From a virus, in the IMG/VR virus record IMGVR_UViG_3300042691_029205, positions 1 to 64,000 of that record: a stretch of 64,000 bases of DNA; one strand, given 5' to 3'. The notes beneath the pieces are model-generated. The model made no database searches. It worked only from the letters and a program-made list of their open reading frames with translations, and was not told the origin of the DNA. Each line of letters starts with the position of its first letter. Position 1 is the first letter of the stretch. The position numbers were made by a program, and so were the translations under genes. Below, in pieces: positions 51,003 through 61,367 of the stretch.

Positions 51003-51602
51003 GTGGATTATAAGTCAAATATTGATAAAAACAAAGAACGAATTTACGAAGCAATTTCTAATATTGATCCAACTTATGCTATTAAAGTTTTAGCGGACAC
51101 ATTATTTAGAAATTATCCACAGTTTGAAATTTGGACCGGCTCTGGTTCCTATAATTCTCATCATTATGGAAAAGGTGGCTTATTACAACATACTAGAGAG
51201 GTTCTAGAACTATGTATTCAAAATTATGGGTATTTAACTTCAGACGAACCAATTAATAATTTTCACGATCTAAAAATACTTGTTCTTGGTGCTCTATATC
51301 ATGACGTTGGTAAGATTTGGGATTATGGGCCAAAAGATGGTGGTTTAAATTGGGAAAATACAAACCATAAAAAAGAAATTCATCATGTTCCTCGATCATA
51401 TCTAGAGTGGAACAGGGTGGCTACAGAACTTAGTTTATCCGAAGAAGTAACCGATGAGGTTTCTCATTTAATACTATCTCATCATGGTTGTAAAGAATGG
51501 GGTTCGCCAGTAGAGCCACGTAATAAATTAGCATGGATATTACATCTTTCTGATAATATGTCGGCTAAATTCAACTGTCCAATTCACATACCACAAAAAT
51601 AA
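51003..51602 (+). CDS. HD-domain phosphohydrolase (YhaM-like HD domain)
   Basis: HHYGKGGLLQHT.EV, LYHDVGK, LILSHHG..EWGSPVEP, LHLSDNMSAK. Confidence 0.85.
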   Translation: MDYKSNIDKNKERIYEAISNIDPTYAIKVLADTLFRNYPQFEIWTGSGSYNSHHYGKGGLLQHTREVLELCIQNYGYLTSDEPINNFHDLKILVLGALYHDVGKIWDYGPKDGGLNWENTNHKKEIHHVPRSYLEWNRVATELSLSEEVTDEVSHLILSHHGCKEWGSPVEPRNKLAWILHLSDNMSAKFNCPIHIPQK

Positions 51603-51620
51603 GTTCTACAGCGTTTAAGT

Positions 51621-52715
51621 ATGAAAATTATTATAACGGCCCCAATTAACAATACCGGCATTGGCATTATGAACAAGGAAATTGTTCTAGCAATGTCTAA
51701 AATTCCATCAGTTGACTTATCTTATGTGCCGGTTGGTAATATAGAGGGTCTGGATAATAAAGAACAAGCAGAAACAATACAGAATTTACTACTTTGGAAT
51801 AAAGAGTATGATAAATCCGCTATTAGTCTAGTAATAAATCAACCTGCCACATCTATCGGTCATACAACTGCTAAACGTGCTCTGTTTACAGTATTCGAGC
51901 TAGATAATTTTACAACTAGAGAAAAAGTCTGTCTATCTTCTCAAGATGTAATAATTACACCTTCTCAATGGGGAGTTGATATTCTTAAATCCAGAGGCTA
52001 TAATAATTCGACCAAGGCTCCTTTAGGTGTCAACTATACGATTTTTAATCCAGCCGTAAAGCCTTCTCCACGCAACACTTACAGAGATTCGCAGGAAAAA
52101 TTCATAGTATATTTTGCGGGCAAACTAGAGAAACGCAAAGGGATTGATGTGGCTCTTAGGGCTTTTAATTATGCTTTTAGCGGTAAAGACAATGTGGAAT
52201 TTTGGCTATCTTGTCATAATATGTTTATGTCTGATAGTGATTATCAGGCGGCTATTAAACGAGAAATTTTAAATCCGGCAGTAAATAAATTGTGGTATAA
52301 GACAAAGGTTTTACCGCGAGTTCAAACTCAAAAAGATTTAGCGGAGATAATGAGCCAAACAAACTGCGGGCTATTCTGTTCGCGTGCAGAGGGTTGGGGA
52401 CTAGAATCAGCCGAAATGATCTCTATGAATAAGCCATGTATAATAACAAATTACTCTGCTCACACTGAGTATAACGACTATTTTTATAGAATACCAGTTA
52501 AGTTTACCGAACCGGCCAATGATGGGGTTTGGTTTCATGGTCATGGTAATTGGGCAACACTTGATGAAGAAGTCTGCCTAGACGCGGCTAGGGCACTTAA
52601 AAACCTATATCATGGTACTAAATTAGATGTTGATTACAGCCAATTTACAGAACAATATACATGGTATAATACTTGTCAGCATATTTTAAAAGCATTGGAA
52701 GTTGCTTATGGATGA
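51621..52715 (+). CDS. GT4-family glycosyltransferase
   Basis: TVFE, PSQW, PLGV, GKLEKRKG.D, SRAEGWGL...E, ITNYSAH. Confidence 0.88.
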   Translation: MKIIITAPINNTGIGIMNKEIVLAMSKIPSVDLSYVPVGNIEGLDNKEQAETIQNLLLWNKEYDKSAISLVINQPATSIGHTTAKRALFTVFELDNFTTREKVCLSSQDVIITPSQWGVDILKSRGYNNSTKAPLGVNYTIFNPAVKPSPRNTYRDSQEKFIVYFAGKLEKRKGIDVALRAFNYAFSGKDNVEFWLSCHNMFMSDSDYQAAIKREILNPAVNKLWYKTKVLPRVQTQKDLAEIMSQTNCGLFCSRAEGWGLESAEMISMNKPCIITNYSAHTEYNDYFYRIPVKFTEPANDGVWFHGHGNWATLDEEVCLDAARALKNLYHGTKLDVDYSQFTEQYTWYNTCQHILKALEVAYG

Positions 52716-53625
52716 TACGCTTTATATAATTACCCCAATTTTTAATTCTTGGAGATATAAATCTCGATACAAGCTCTATAAAGACTTCGAGACTTATATT
52801 AAAAAACACGACAATGTTCGCCTGATTACTATTGAGGCGGCTTTTGGAGATAGGCCGTGGGAAGTTACTTCTCCAGACGACAAAGACGATATACAACTTA
52901 GAACCTCTACTGAATTGTGGCACAAAGAAAGAATGATTAACCTAGCGGTAAATAGATTGCCGCAAGGGTGGAAGTATGCCGGTTATCTTGACAGTGATTT
53001 AGTTTTCAGCAGACCAGACTGGAATACCGAGATTGTTCAGCGGCTACAACATTATTCTTTTGTGCAGCCTTTTAGTCAGTCTATTAATTTGAGTCCAAGT
53101 TATGAAGTAATAGGCACAACAAGAGAATCTTTTTTCTCTGCTTATTTAAACAACACATTAGACTCACAGCTTGAATATGGTAAGTTGCCACACCCAGGAT
53201 TCGGCCTATTTTGGACAAAAGAGGCATTTAATGCAGTTGGCGGCTTATTAGACACCCCTATTTTGGGGAGTTCTGATCTCCATATGCTTGCTTCATTAAT
53301 AGGATTAGGTGAAACTAAATTACCACAAGGTATTAGTAATGGTTATAAAGAACAATTATTAATGTGGCAAAACAGATGTGAAAATTTAATTCGTAGAAAT
53401 ATTGGTATAGTACCTGGGTTGATTTTACATCAATGGCATGGAGCTAGAAAAGATCGAAGATATGGAGAACGCTGGAAAATATTAGTGGACAATCAATATG
53501 ATCCAGAGTTTGATATAAAATTAGACTGGCAAGGATTATATCAATGGAGTGGAAATAAACCACAATTACAATATGATGTGCGAAATTACTTCGCGAGCAG
53601 GCATGAAGATAGTATAGACCTATAG
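52702..53625 (+). CDS. GT-A fold (GT2-like) glycosyltransferase
   Basis: LWHKERMINLA, YLDSD, HPGF, GGL.D..ILGS.D, HQWHG. Confidence 0.7.
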   Translation: MLMDDTLYIITPIFNSWRYKSRYKLYKDFETYIKKHDNVRLITIEAAFGDRPWEVTSPDDKDDIQLRTSTELWHKERMINLAVNRLPQGWKYAGYLDSDLVFSRPDWNTEIVQRLQHYSFVQPFSQSINLSPSYEVIGTTRESFFSAYLNNTLDSQLEYGKLPHPGFGLFWTKEAFNAVGGLLDTPILGSSDLHMLASLIGLGETKLPQGISNGYKEQLLMWQNRCENLIRRNIGIVPGLILHQWHGARKDRRYGERWKILVDNQYDPEFDIKLDWQGLYQWSGNKPQLQYDVRNYFASRHEDSIDL

Positions 53626-54061
53626 GAATAAATTTATGTGGACTAATGGAAATCCAACTTCTACCGGCCTTTATGTAATTGAATGGTGTAATGGTTGTAC
53701 ATGGCCAGAAGTATATCTTGTTGTAAAATGTAAAGATGGTAATTTATACCTATCTACTCATCAATATAGAGAAAATCGTAAGCCTTATCCATTATCAAGA
53801 TCAGCTATTAAAAGACATTATAAAATTGAGCAACCAGATGGGGATGGTATGAATATTAATTTCCATACTAAAGATTTTGATCCTGAAATTTGTGCTATTA
53901 GTGACCCAGATGGTAAAAAATTTAGATGGCTAAATTATTATCCCGAAGAACATAATAGAAAGCCTCTAGATGCTTATGAGAATGAATCATTAACAGAGTT
54001 TATGAAGAGATTATCAGAATCATTACCACCTATAGAGTATCTAGAATAAGGAAATAAAAGA

Positions 54062-54802
54062 ATGGGAAACCTAAATAAAGACGATGAATTTACAGTTGGT
54101 AAATTACCACCATATGTAACTGGTAAATTAGTAGAATCAAACATACCTAATAAAAACGATGATATATTTCCAATGACAGTCTCTTCTACATATGTGATGC
54201 CTAGTAAAACTAGCGATTTTGGAGCGGTGGTACAACCATTAGAAAAAACTGGTATATATGAATATGACTCTATCCAAAAAAAAGATGGAACTATAAATTT
54301 GCAGGATTACGTTCAAACATTATACTTTCCGCCAAAAATTCTTTTAATGTGTAAAAAGATACATCCAGACACTAAAATTCCTACAAAGAACAACTTAGAT
54401 GATGCCGCTTTTGATTTATCCTGTGTGGCAGATGAAACCTTTACTAAAAAACCAGACGATGACTGTTTAAGTTATATACTCGCTCCTGGCGAACGCAAGG
54501 TATTTAAAACCGGCCTAGTAATTTCAAGTCCAAGGGGCTATTTCTGTCAATATACTGGTAGATCAGGATTGGCCGCTAAAAAAGGGGTAGATTTTATGGC
54601 AGGAACTATAGATTCTGCCACATATCGCGGGGAATGGGGCGTAGTATTAATTAATCATGGAGACACTCCGGTAAAAATTAATGCTGGCGACCGTATAGTA
54701 CAATTTATTGTTCTACCTATACCAGATATTGCTATAGTTGAAGTGTCGGAATTAGATGAAACAAATCGCGGTACGAAAGGTTGGGGAAGTAGTGGAACCT
54801 AA
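54062..54802 (+). CDS. dut: Trimeric dUTPase with N-terminal extension
   Basis: DAAFDL, GRSGLA, GTIDSATYRGE, GDRIVQ, RG.KGWGSSG. Confidence 0.9.
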   Translation: MGNLNKDDEFTVGKLPPYVTGKLVESNIPNKNDDIFPMTVSSTYVMPSKTSDFGAVVQPLEKTGIYEYDSIQKKDGTINLQDYVQTLYFPPKILLMCKKIHPDTKIPTKNNLDDAAFDLSCVADETFTKKPDDDCLSYILAPGERKVFKTGLVISSPRGYFCQYTGRSGLAAKKGVDFMAGTIDSATYRGEWGVVLINHGDTPVKINAGDRIVQFIVLPIPDIAIVEVSELDETNRGTKGWGSSGT

Positions 54803-55269
54803 AACACCAAGAATTATATATAATGTTAAGCCATTTCCAGTTCCAGATAGTGTTATTTTAGATGTTGATAATGCTAATAGTGGAAATAGACCTTTCCAGA
54901 AATCTCCCATTGTTCCACTAAAGGACTTATCAATCGAAACATTACATTTATTATGTGATGATTTCAAGCGTTCTGTATTTAAAAAAGCCGGTAAAATTGA
55001 TCCAAAGGGATAAAGCATCATGTATATAGATTTATGTATTGCGATAATTATTACAATTGCACTTGGTTGCAATGTAGTCTTTGCACCACAAAAATATGGT
55101 TGGATGAGTGGCTTTGTTGAATTTTTATATTTTTCATTTTTTGTGCCAATTACTTGGCTCATCTTTTTCATCGAACGCTACTTATTTTTACTTTACTCTA
55201 TAAATGTCGATTAAATAGCTTGTTACACTATAACACAGTAAAAAATCAAGCTCACCGACGTTTGAGGTC

Positions 55270-55297
55270 TTGACTTTTCTGTTTTCCAGGTTATAAT
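55270..55297 (+). promoter_or_regulatory. sigma70 promoter TTGACT-N16-TATAAT behind a dyad variant
   Basis: Consensus match upstream of 55340-55591. Confidence 0.75.
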
Positions 55298-56080
55298 AAC
55301 ACAGAGAACCAAATTCACAATTTTTACAAAGGAAAGATCATGCCCGCTAAAATTAACTGGAACAACCAAAACACACCACAAACTTTAAATTTTGATCAAT
55401 TGTCTTATGGTGATTGTTATAAGGTTGCCACTTCTCGCTCTAAAGGTGCGGTTTATATGAAAACCGAAGGTGGACACCAAGATTATGCTTTAGAATTAGC
55501 TACAGGTAAGTTATTCCCACCACAACTAAGTCCACTATCGTTAGTTGAAGTCGAAATTAATATTCAGGCGGATAAACCAACTATTTACTAATAGGGGATT
55601 CTCCCCTATGACCCCTAGAGTTATATATGAACGCAGATCAATCAACTCAATATCTACCATTAAGTTTTAAAACAAATAGAGATATTCCATATTGTATTTC
55701 TTATATAAATTATATAAGGATATGTGAAAAATATTTTAAGGACAATAATACATCGATTGAAGATATTATAGCTTATTATCAAGACGAAGGATTAATAAGA
55801 AATGATAAAGATGATGTTTTCTTCTTAGAAAGATAAAATATGCCTGTTTATGGACCAGATTATAACAAACATAGAGCAGATGAAGATGGTAAGGAATTAT
55901 ATAATATTATAGTCCAAAGATTTAGAGTTATGCAAGCTACAGATTATTTTACACTAGAAATCTGTAGAGACGAACTTAAAAGAGAATGTATCAGGTTGAT
56001 GCATTTATTTCACAAATATGATTCTTATGAGAATTTTTAACTTAGCAGGATTTTATAAATGAATACTGGAATAAATAAAG

Positions 56081-56758
56081 ATGACTAAAATTCGTTTAGT
56101 TTCTGATTGCCACGGTAAATACGACCGTCTTCTTCCTCTTTTAGATTCTAATCAGGCGGATTATGTCATACAGCTTGGCGACATGGGGTATGATTACTCA
56201 TTTTTAAATTCTATTCCAAGTGACTACCTAAGAGTCTTAAGAGGCAATCACGACCATCATATCAATTATAAGCAGTATAATCATTTCCTTCCAGACTACG
56301 GCTATCATACACTAGGGAACTTCAACTTCTTTAATGTCTGTGGTGCTTTCTCTATTGATTGGAAAATCCGAGAGAAATACTATTTTTCCGGTAAATGGCC
56401 TCAAACTTGGTTTCCAGAGGAAGAACTATCGGTTTCGCAGCTAGAAAAAGCAGTAGAATTATATTCGTCTATTAAGCCGCAGGTAGTCCTTACACACGAA
56501 GCTCCACGTAGTATAGCTAATATTATAGGTAATCCTAATATTCTTAAAGATTTCGGTTACGACCCTCATACATTTACTACTAGAACAAGTGAGGCTCTAG
56601 AATGTATGTTTGAAATACACAAACCTAAATTATGGCATTTCGCTCATTACCACCATAACTTTGATATAACTATTGATGGTACAAGATTTATTTGTAAGAG
56701 AGAATTGGGATTTACAGACCTAACAGTAGATAATGAAGGGAATATCAATGTTCACTAA
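56081..56758 (+). CDS. Calcineurin-like metallophosphoesterase
   Basis: SDCHG, QLGDMG, RGNHD, GAFSID, THEAP, WHFAHYH. Confidence 0.88.
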   Translation: MTKIRLVSDCHGKYDRLLPLLDSNQADYVIQLGDMGYDYSFLNSIPSDYLRVLRGNHDHHINYKQYNHFLPDYGYHTLGNFNFFNVCGAFSIDWKIREKYYFSGKWPQTWFPEEELSVSQLEKAVELYSSIKPQVVLTHEAPRSIANIIGNPNILKDFGYDPHTFTTRTSEALECMFEIHKPKLWHFAHYHHNFDITIDGTRFICKRELGFTDLTVDNEGNINVH

Positions 56759-57127
56759 TAAGGTAACTCAAAGTGAGTAGTCCAGAAATCCAATCTTTTA
56801 CAATTGGTGACAAAGTTGTCCCGAAAACGATTGGTTTTCCAGGTGTTGGAATGATAGTTGGTATTATTCATGGTACGGTATATTCCGCGTATAGCGGGGA
56901 CTATATGCCTAAGTTGTGGACTGTTAAATATCCAAATTGGGCAGAAGAAATTGTATGTATTATTCTTTTCGACCAAGAAAGAAAACCGTGTACAAAGGAA
57001 GAGTTTAGGACTATTTTTCCTTTAAATCTTTACCCTAGTATGTCTTATGATGATTTAATCCCTAGTAAACTTATAGCCTATCCGTTTAAAGACCTTTTTT
57101 TGTTTGAAAAATTCGAGGAGTATATTA

Positions 57128-58327
57128 ATGAAGAATAATATTTTAGCCGCCATTTTAATGCTATTAGTATTGTTTACCGCAGATTTAGCAGCCCAAGTAC
57201 CTGAAATCCCAGGATTAAAGTATGATGGCTGCTTTCAATTAACTGATAAGAGTACAGATCGTAATTTACCTACTAAGGTTGGTTGGAATTGGGGGTGTGG
57301 TTATGTAAAAGACGGTTATTATTTTGCGGGAAACCGCACTAACCAATATAATGCGGGCTTTTTAATTCCTAGCGAGCTATCTCAAAACTTGCCGGTTTAT
57401 AACCCACTTTCTAAGGTATCGACGCTAAACGCCCCAAAGGTAGAGCGTTCGACAGATTGGACTCCTAGTGTGCCGCTGGATAAAGTTGATGATTTTATTC
57501 CTGCTACTTCTATTGAGATTACTTCTTTTTTCTTACTCAATAATAAATTAGGCACTAGTGTAAACCGCTTCTATAACGTAGGCAACTATAAATGGCCATT
57601 TTTGTGGGTTGATGGAGTTGGATATAGTTCTAGCATTGATCCTATCTATACTGGCGGCTATGTATTTGAGTTTCCAATTGAACATAGAAAATATACTGGT
57701 CGTTTTGGTTGCGGTAATAATAGAACCGGCAACGGTATTCAACAGCCTGTCTTGTGGACATTTGATGTTGTTCAAGATAATATGCAACTTAGCCATAGAC
57801 TTGGCCCCACTAAGCATTTTTATGAATGTATAGACGCGGCTGGTAATGTTACCTTGAAGGAAAAAGTACCTGATCTATCATCCGTCCCACCAACACTTGA
57901 GATTGATGGATATACAGTATGTTGTCAAAGTCAAATAACCGGAGCATGTGCTTTGGGTGACAATGTATATTTTATTGGCTTGAAAGGCACTGGATTCGGC
58001 TGGTACGGTAATCCGCAGTTTACATATAACGGCAAGTCATATAATGATAAGCGTATGGCTACAAAAGGTTATCATAATGAATTCTATGAATATGCTGTTT
58101 ATGTATATAATACCGAAGACCTTGTAAAGGTTAAGTATGGCGTTTTACAACCAGAAAACATTCAACCAAAGTCTGTAATCAGTCTTAAAACAGTTGTTCC
58201 AGAAGTAGCAACGACCAAGAGTGGTATTTATGCAGATCAAATGAATAATAAGGTTTATGTGACTATTCCTTATATGTTAGCGTCCGGTGTTACTTATCCT
58301 ATTGTATTTGTGTTTTCGGGTATATAA
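57128..58327 (+). CDS. Secreted beta-rich protein
   Basis: Signal peptide MKNNILAAILMLLVLFTADLAA; beta-propeller-like composition. Confidence 0.6.
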   Translation: MKNNILAAILMLLVLFTADLAAQVPEIPGLKYDGCFQLTDKSTDRNLPTKVGWNWGCGYVKDGYYFAGNRTNQYNAGFLIPSELSQNLPVYNPLSKVSTLNAPKVERSTDWTPSVPLDKVDDFIPATSIEITSFFLLNNKLGTSVNRFYNVGNYKWPFLWVDGVGYSSSIDPIYTGGYVFEFPIEHRKYTGRFGCGNNRTGNGIQQPVLWTFDVVQDNMQLSHRLGPTKHFYECIDAAGNVTLKEKVPDLSSVPPTLEIDGYTVCCQSQITGACALGDNVYFIGLKGTGFGWYGNPQFTYNGKSYNDKRMATKGYHNEFYEYAVYVYNTEDLVKVKYGVLQPENIQPKSVISLKTVVPEVATTKSGIYADQMNNKVYVTIPYMLASGVTYPIVFVFSGI

Positions 58328-58345
58328 AGGAAAGAAGTATAAATT

Positions 58346-59281
58346 ATGCATATCGAACACCAATACTTAAATTTATTACAGCAGATTTTAGATCATGGAA
58401 CCTGGAAAGAAAATCGAACTGGAATTCGTTGTAAGACTATAGCGAATACTATGATACAACATGATATGTCATCAGGTTTTCCTTTAATGACTCATCGAAA
58501 GTTAGCTATACGAAGCACTCTCGTTGAATTGGAAGGATTCCTCAATGGAATTACATCCAAAGAATGGTATCAACAACGCGGCTGTAAATATTGGGATCAT
58601 TGGGCAAATCCAGAGGCTACATTCTATGAATATAAAAAACGTGAACATGATCCAGATTTACCATATCAAACACAAAAAGAGGTCGCCAAAGAAGTAGATG
58701 ATCTTGGTCCAATCTATGGTTTCCAATGGAGAAATTTTGGTTATGATTTTGAAAATTATAGAAAATCTATATGCGACAATCGCGATCAATTATTTACTAT
58801 CTGTAAGTCTCTAAAGGAAAACCCGAATGATCGTCGAATGATTTGTTCTGCCTGGAATCCCACTCAATTACACCTAATGGCGTTGCCACCTTGTCATATG
58901 ACCTGGGGAGTAATTCATATTAATGGCACTTTGAATTTGTGGTGGCTGCAAAGATCGTGTGATTTTATATTAGGAATTCCAGCAAATATTACGTCTTACG
59001 CGGCATTATTACTTATTTTGTGTAAGTTTTCTGGTTTTACTCCTGGTGTTCTAACCGGCTATCTTTGTGATACACATATTTATGAAAATCACCTAGATGG
59101 AGTACAAGAAATATTACGTCGAAAATATGAAATACCATATTATTTACCTAAATTAGAAATAACTAATGATTATCCTCTGGCTTTAAGTAAAGATTGGTTG
59201 AATGTATATTGGACACATAAAGACTATAAATTAAATGATTATCGGCATCTTGATCCTATTAAATTTGAGGTAGCTATATGA
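58346..59281 (+). CDS. thyA: Thymidylate synthase
   Basis: NRTG, DLGPIYGFQWR, DRRMI.SAWNP, LPPCH, QRSCD, PANI.SY, HIYENH. Confidence 0.95.
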   Translation: MHIEHQYLNLLQQILDHGTWKENRTGIRCKTIANTMIQHDMSSGFPLMTHRKLAIRSTLVELEGFLNGITSKEWYQQRGCKYWDHWANPEATFYEYKKREHDPDLPYQTQKEVAKEVDDLGPIYGFQWRNFGYDFENYRKSICDNRDQLFTICKSLKENPNDRRMICSAWNPTQLHLMALPPCHMTWGVIHINGTLNLWWLQRSCDFILGIPANITSYAALLLILCKFSGFTPGVLTGYLCDTHIYENHLDGVQEILRRKYEIPYYLPKLEITNDYPLALSKDWLNVYWTHKDYKLNDYRHLDPIKFEVAI

Positions 59282-59708
59282 GCCGATCCGACATTGATAA
59301 AATAGACAAAAAAATTGATAAGTATCGCGGCTATATTACTAAGCTCGCTAAGGATAAATATCAATATATCCAGAAGCTCAGTATCCAATGTTATGATTGT
59401 AAAGTTTTTAATAGTCTAGAAGACTGGATATTATTAGAAGCAACTAAAAGTGATTATTTAAACGAAGAAACTATAATTACTAGAACGGAACTAATTTGTC
59501 CTGGTTGTTTTAGTCGCTATCGTATTATAGATAAAAATAAGTTCTTTATAGATAAATGTTTATTTAACAATATACTAGAACACAATCAATATCCTGGCTA
59601 TAGACAACCCTATGTTCGTTACGTAAAACGCAACGGTTTGGATCATTATAAAGAAGGTGACTTTTTTGATCTTAGTGAAAAAACATATAACGAAAGTTAC
59701 TTAAATTA

Positions 59709-60104
59709 ATGAAACTAATTATAGCAGGTTCCCGCGATTTTACCGACTATAATCTACTAAAAAGCCGCTGTGATAAATTTATAGCCGCCAACTTGACAAA
59801 ACCCGACGAACAGGTTATAATAGTATCTGGAACGGCAAGCGGTGCAGACAAACTAGGTGAAAAATTCGCAGAAGAAAAAGGCTATTCTATTCTACGTTTT
59901 CCTGCTAATTGGTCCAAATTTGGTCGTAGTGCCGGTTATCGTAGAAATGTTCAAATGGCAGAAAAAGCCACTCATTGTATAGTATTTAGATTAGGAGGTG
60001 CTCGATCTAAAGGTTCTACTCATATGTATAATATTGCTAAATCACATTTCCTTATTACAGAATTGGTAGACATTGATGACTCCACCGCAAACATCTCTTT
60101 CTGA
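59709..60104 (+). CDS. SLOG (YspA/DUF2493-like) protein
   Basis: IIAGSRDF, IVSGTASGAD..GE.FA, FPANW..FG.SAG..RN.QMA, SKGS.HM. Confidence 0.85.
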   Translation: MKLIIAGSRDFTDYNLLKSRCDKFIAANLTKPDEQVIIVSGTASGADKLGEKFAEEKGYSILRFPANWSKFGRSAGYRRNVQMAEKATHCIVFRLGGARSKGSTHMYNIAKSHFLITELVDIDDSTANISF

Positions 60105-60603
60105 ATATGAGTTAATTTCAATTAAACAAATAAAATATTTTTGGAAGCCTTATTATCCTAGACATATGATGGGTATAGACCTAATCAATAAAGTTATAGC
60201 CGCTAATATTAAGGCTGATATGTCTTATGATGACAAATACAATACAGGTTATAAAACATGGCGAAATGTGGTTGCTATTACTGCTATACGAAATTTTTAT
60301 AAAACCACACATAATAAGAAAAATAAAACCATTAGTTTAAATCAGGTTAAAAACTCAGAAGAAGTGAAGTTAGATATTGGTTATCGCGATTTATCGGAAG
60401 AAATAGTAGCCGCCGAAGAGTTGATTGATAAAACACTAAATGATACCGAAAAAGACTTATTATATCGCCGATGTTATAAAAATCAAAGCTATCGCGAAAT
60501 AGCCGAGTCCTATAAAATTAGTAAACAGCGTGTTGCACAAAAAATATCTAAAATAGAGAGGAAGTTACATGAAGCCGCAAATAGTGATAACAATCAATCA
60601 TAA
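60073..60603 (+). CDS. sigma70-family sigma-factor-like protein
   Basis: Region-2-like YDDKYNTGYKTW....AI.AIRNF, ISLN, region-4 HTH QSYREIAESYKISKQRVAQ. Confidence 0.7.
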   Translation: MMTPPQTSLSEYELISIKQIKYFWKPYYPRHMMGIDLINKVIAANIKADMSYDDKYNTGYKTWRNVVAITAIRNFYKTTHNKKNKTISLNQVKNSEEVKLDIGYRDLSEEIVAAEELIDKTLNDTEKDLLYRRCYKNQSYREIAESYKISKQRVAQKISKIERKLHEAANSDNNQS

Positions 60604-61367
60604 CGATGATGCCGATGTTGCGTTTATTAGTGATAATTTTTCACAAGATGATGCAGAACAAATTGGTACTATGATAGCAATGTTGAGTTGTGGAATGTAT
60701 AATGATGTATTCTTAAAATCAATTCAAAAGTTATTTAGCCACGATCAATATAAAGAGTTTAGCGAAACCGTCTTTAAAACATGGAAAGAGGAAGAGACAG
60801 AGATACACACAGCTTTGTTCTCCTTTGAGAATCAAGGAAACTACAATGAGGAAGACGAAGAAGAACCAATGGTAAGACCAGATGACCTACCATATGCCCC
60901 GCCACTACCAGGAGATACATCTCATGAATAAAGAATATAAGTTTATATGGCAACATTGTAAAAATCCTTTTTTATTTAAAAAAGACTATGGACAAACTAT
61001 ATTATTAAGTGCAGACAATCTAGATGAAGCATTACCAGAATTACCAGAAGAGGAAATATCCGCCGACAGCGAAGACCATGAAATGGTTGGCGGTATGATT
61101 TATACTCCATTAGGTGTACTTCCAATTACAGAACATACAGATATGTTCAAACTTTTTAATTTTTGGATGTGTCACACTAATTTTAATATTAGCCGCAATG
61201 TTTTTAATATTGTTTGTAAAACCCAAGGCGTAGAAGCGGCCCATGTCTTTAGTAGATATAGGTTTAGGATTGCAATTGGCAAGGCTTTTGATTTTAAACC
61301 AACCCGCATCAAAATACAAGATTCTATCAAAAAATATCTAGAAAGCCGCCAAAATAAAACTGAATAG
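60569..61367 (+). other. Two conserved hypothetical CDSs (60569-60931, 60924-61367)
   Basis: ORFs; the second has FNFWMCHTNFNI...GVE...SRYRFRIAIGK.F. Confidence 0.65.

Noticed and set aside
5-55618. CRISPR array formed by the dyad or G-run repeats
   Set aside because: Copies are dispersed over kilobases, not regularly spaced by 30-40-bp spacers; no cas genes
58346-59281. Pyrimidine hydroxymethylase for DNA hypermodification
   Set aside because: All ThyA motifs including the dUMP-specifying Asn are canonical
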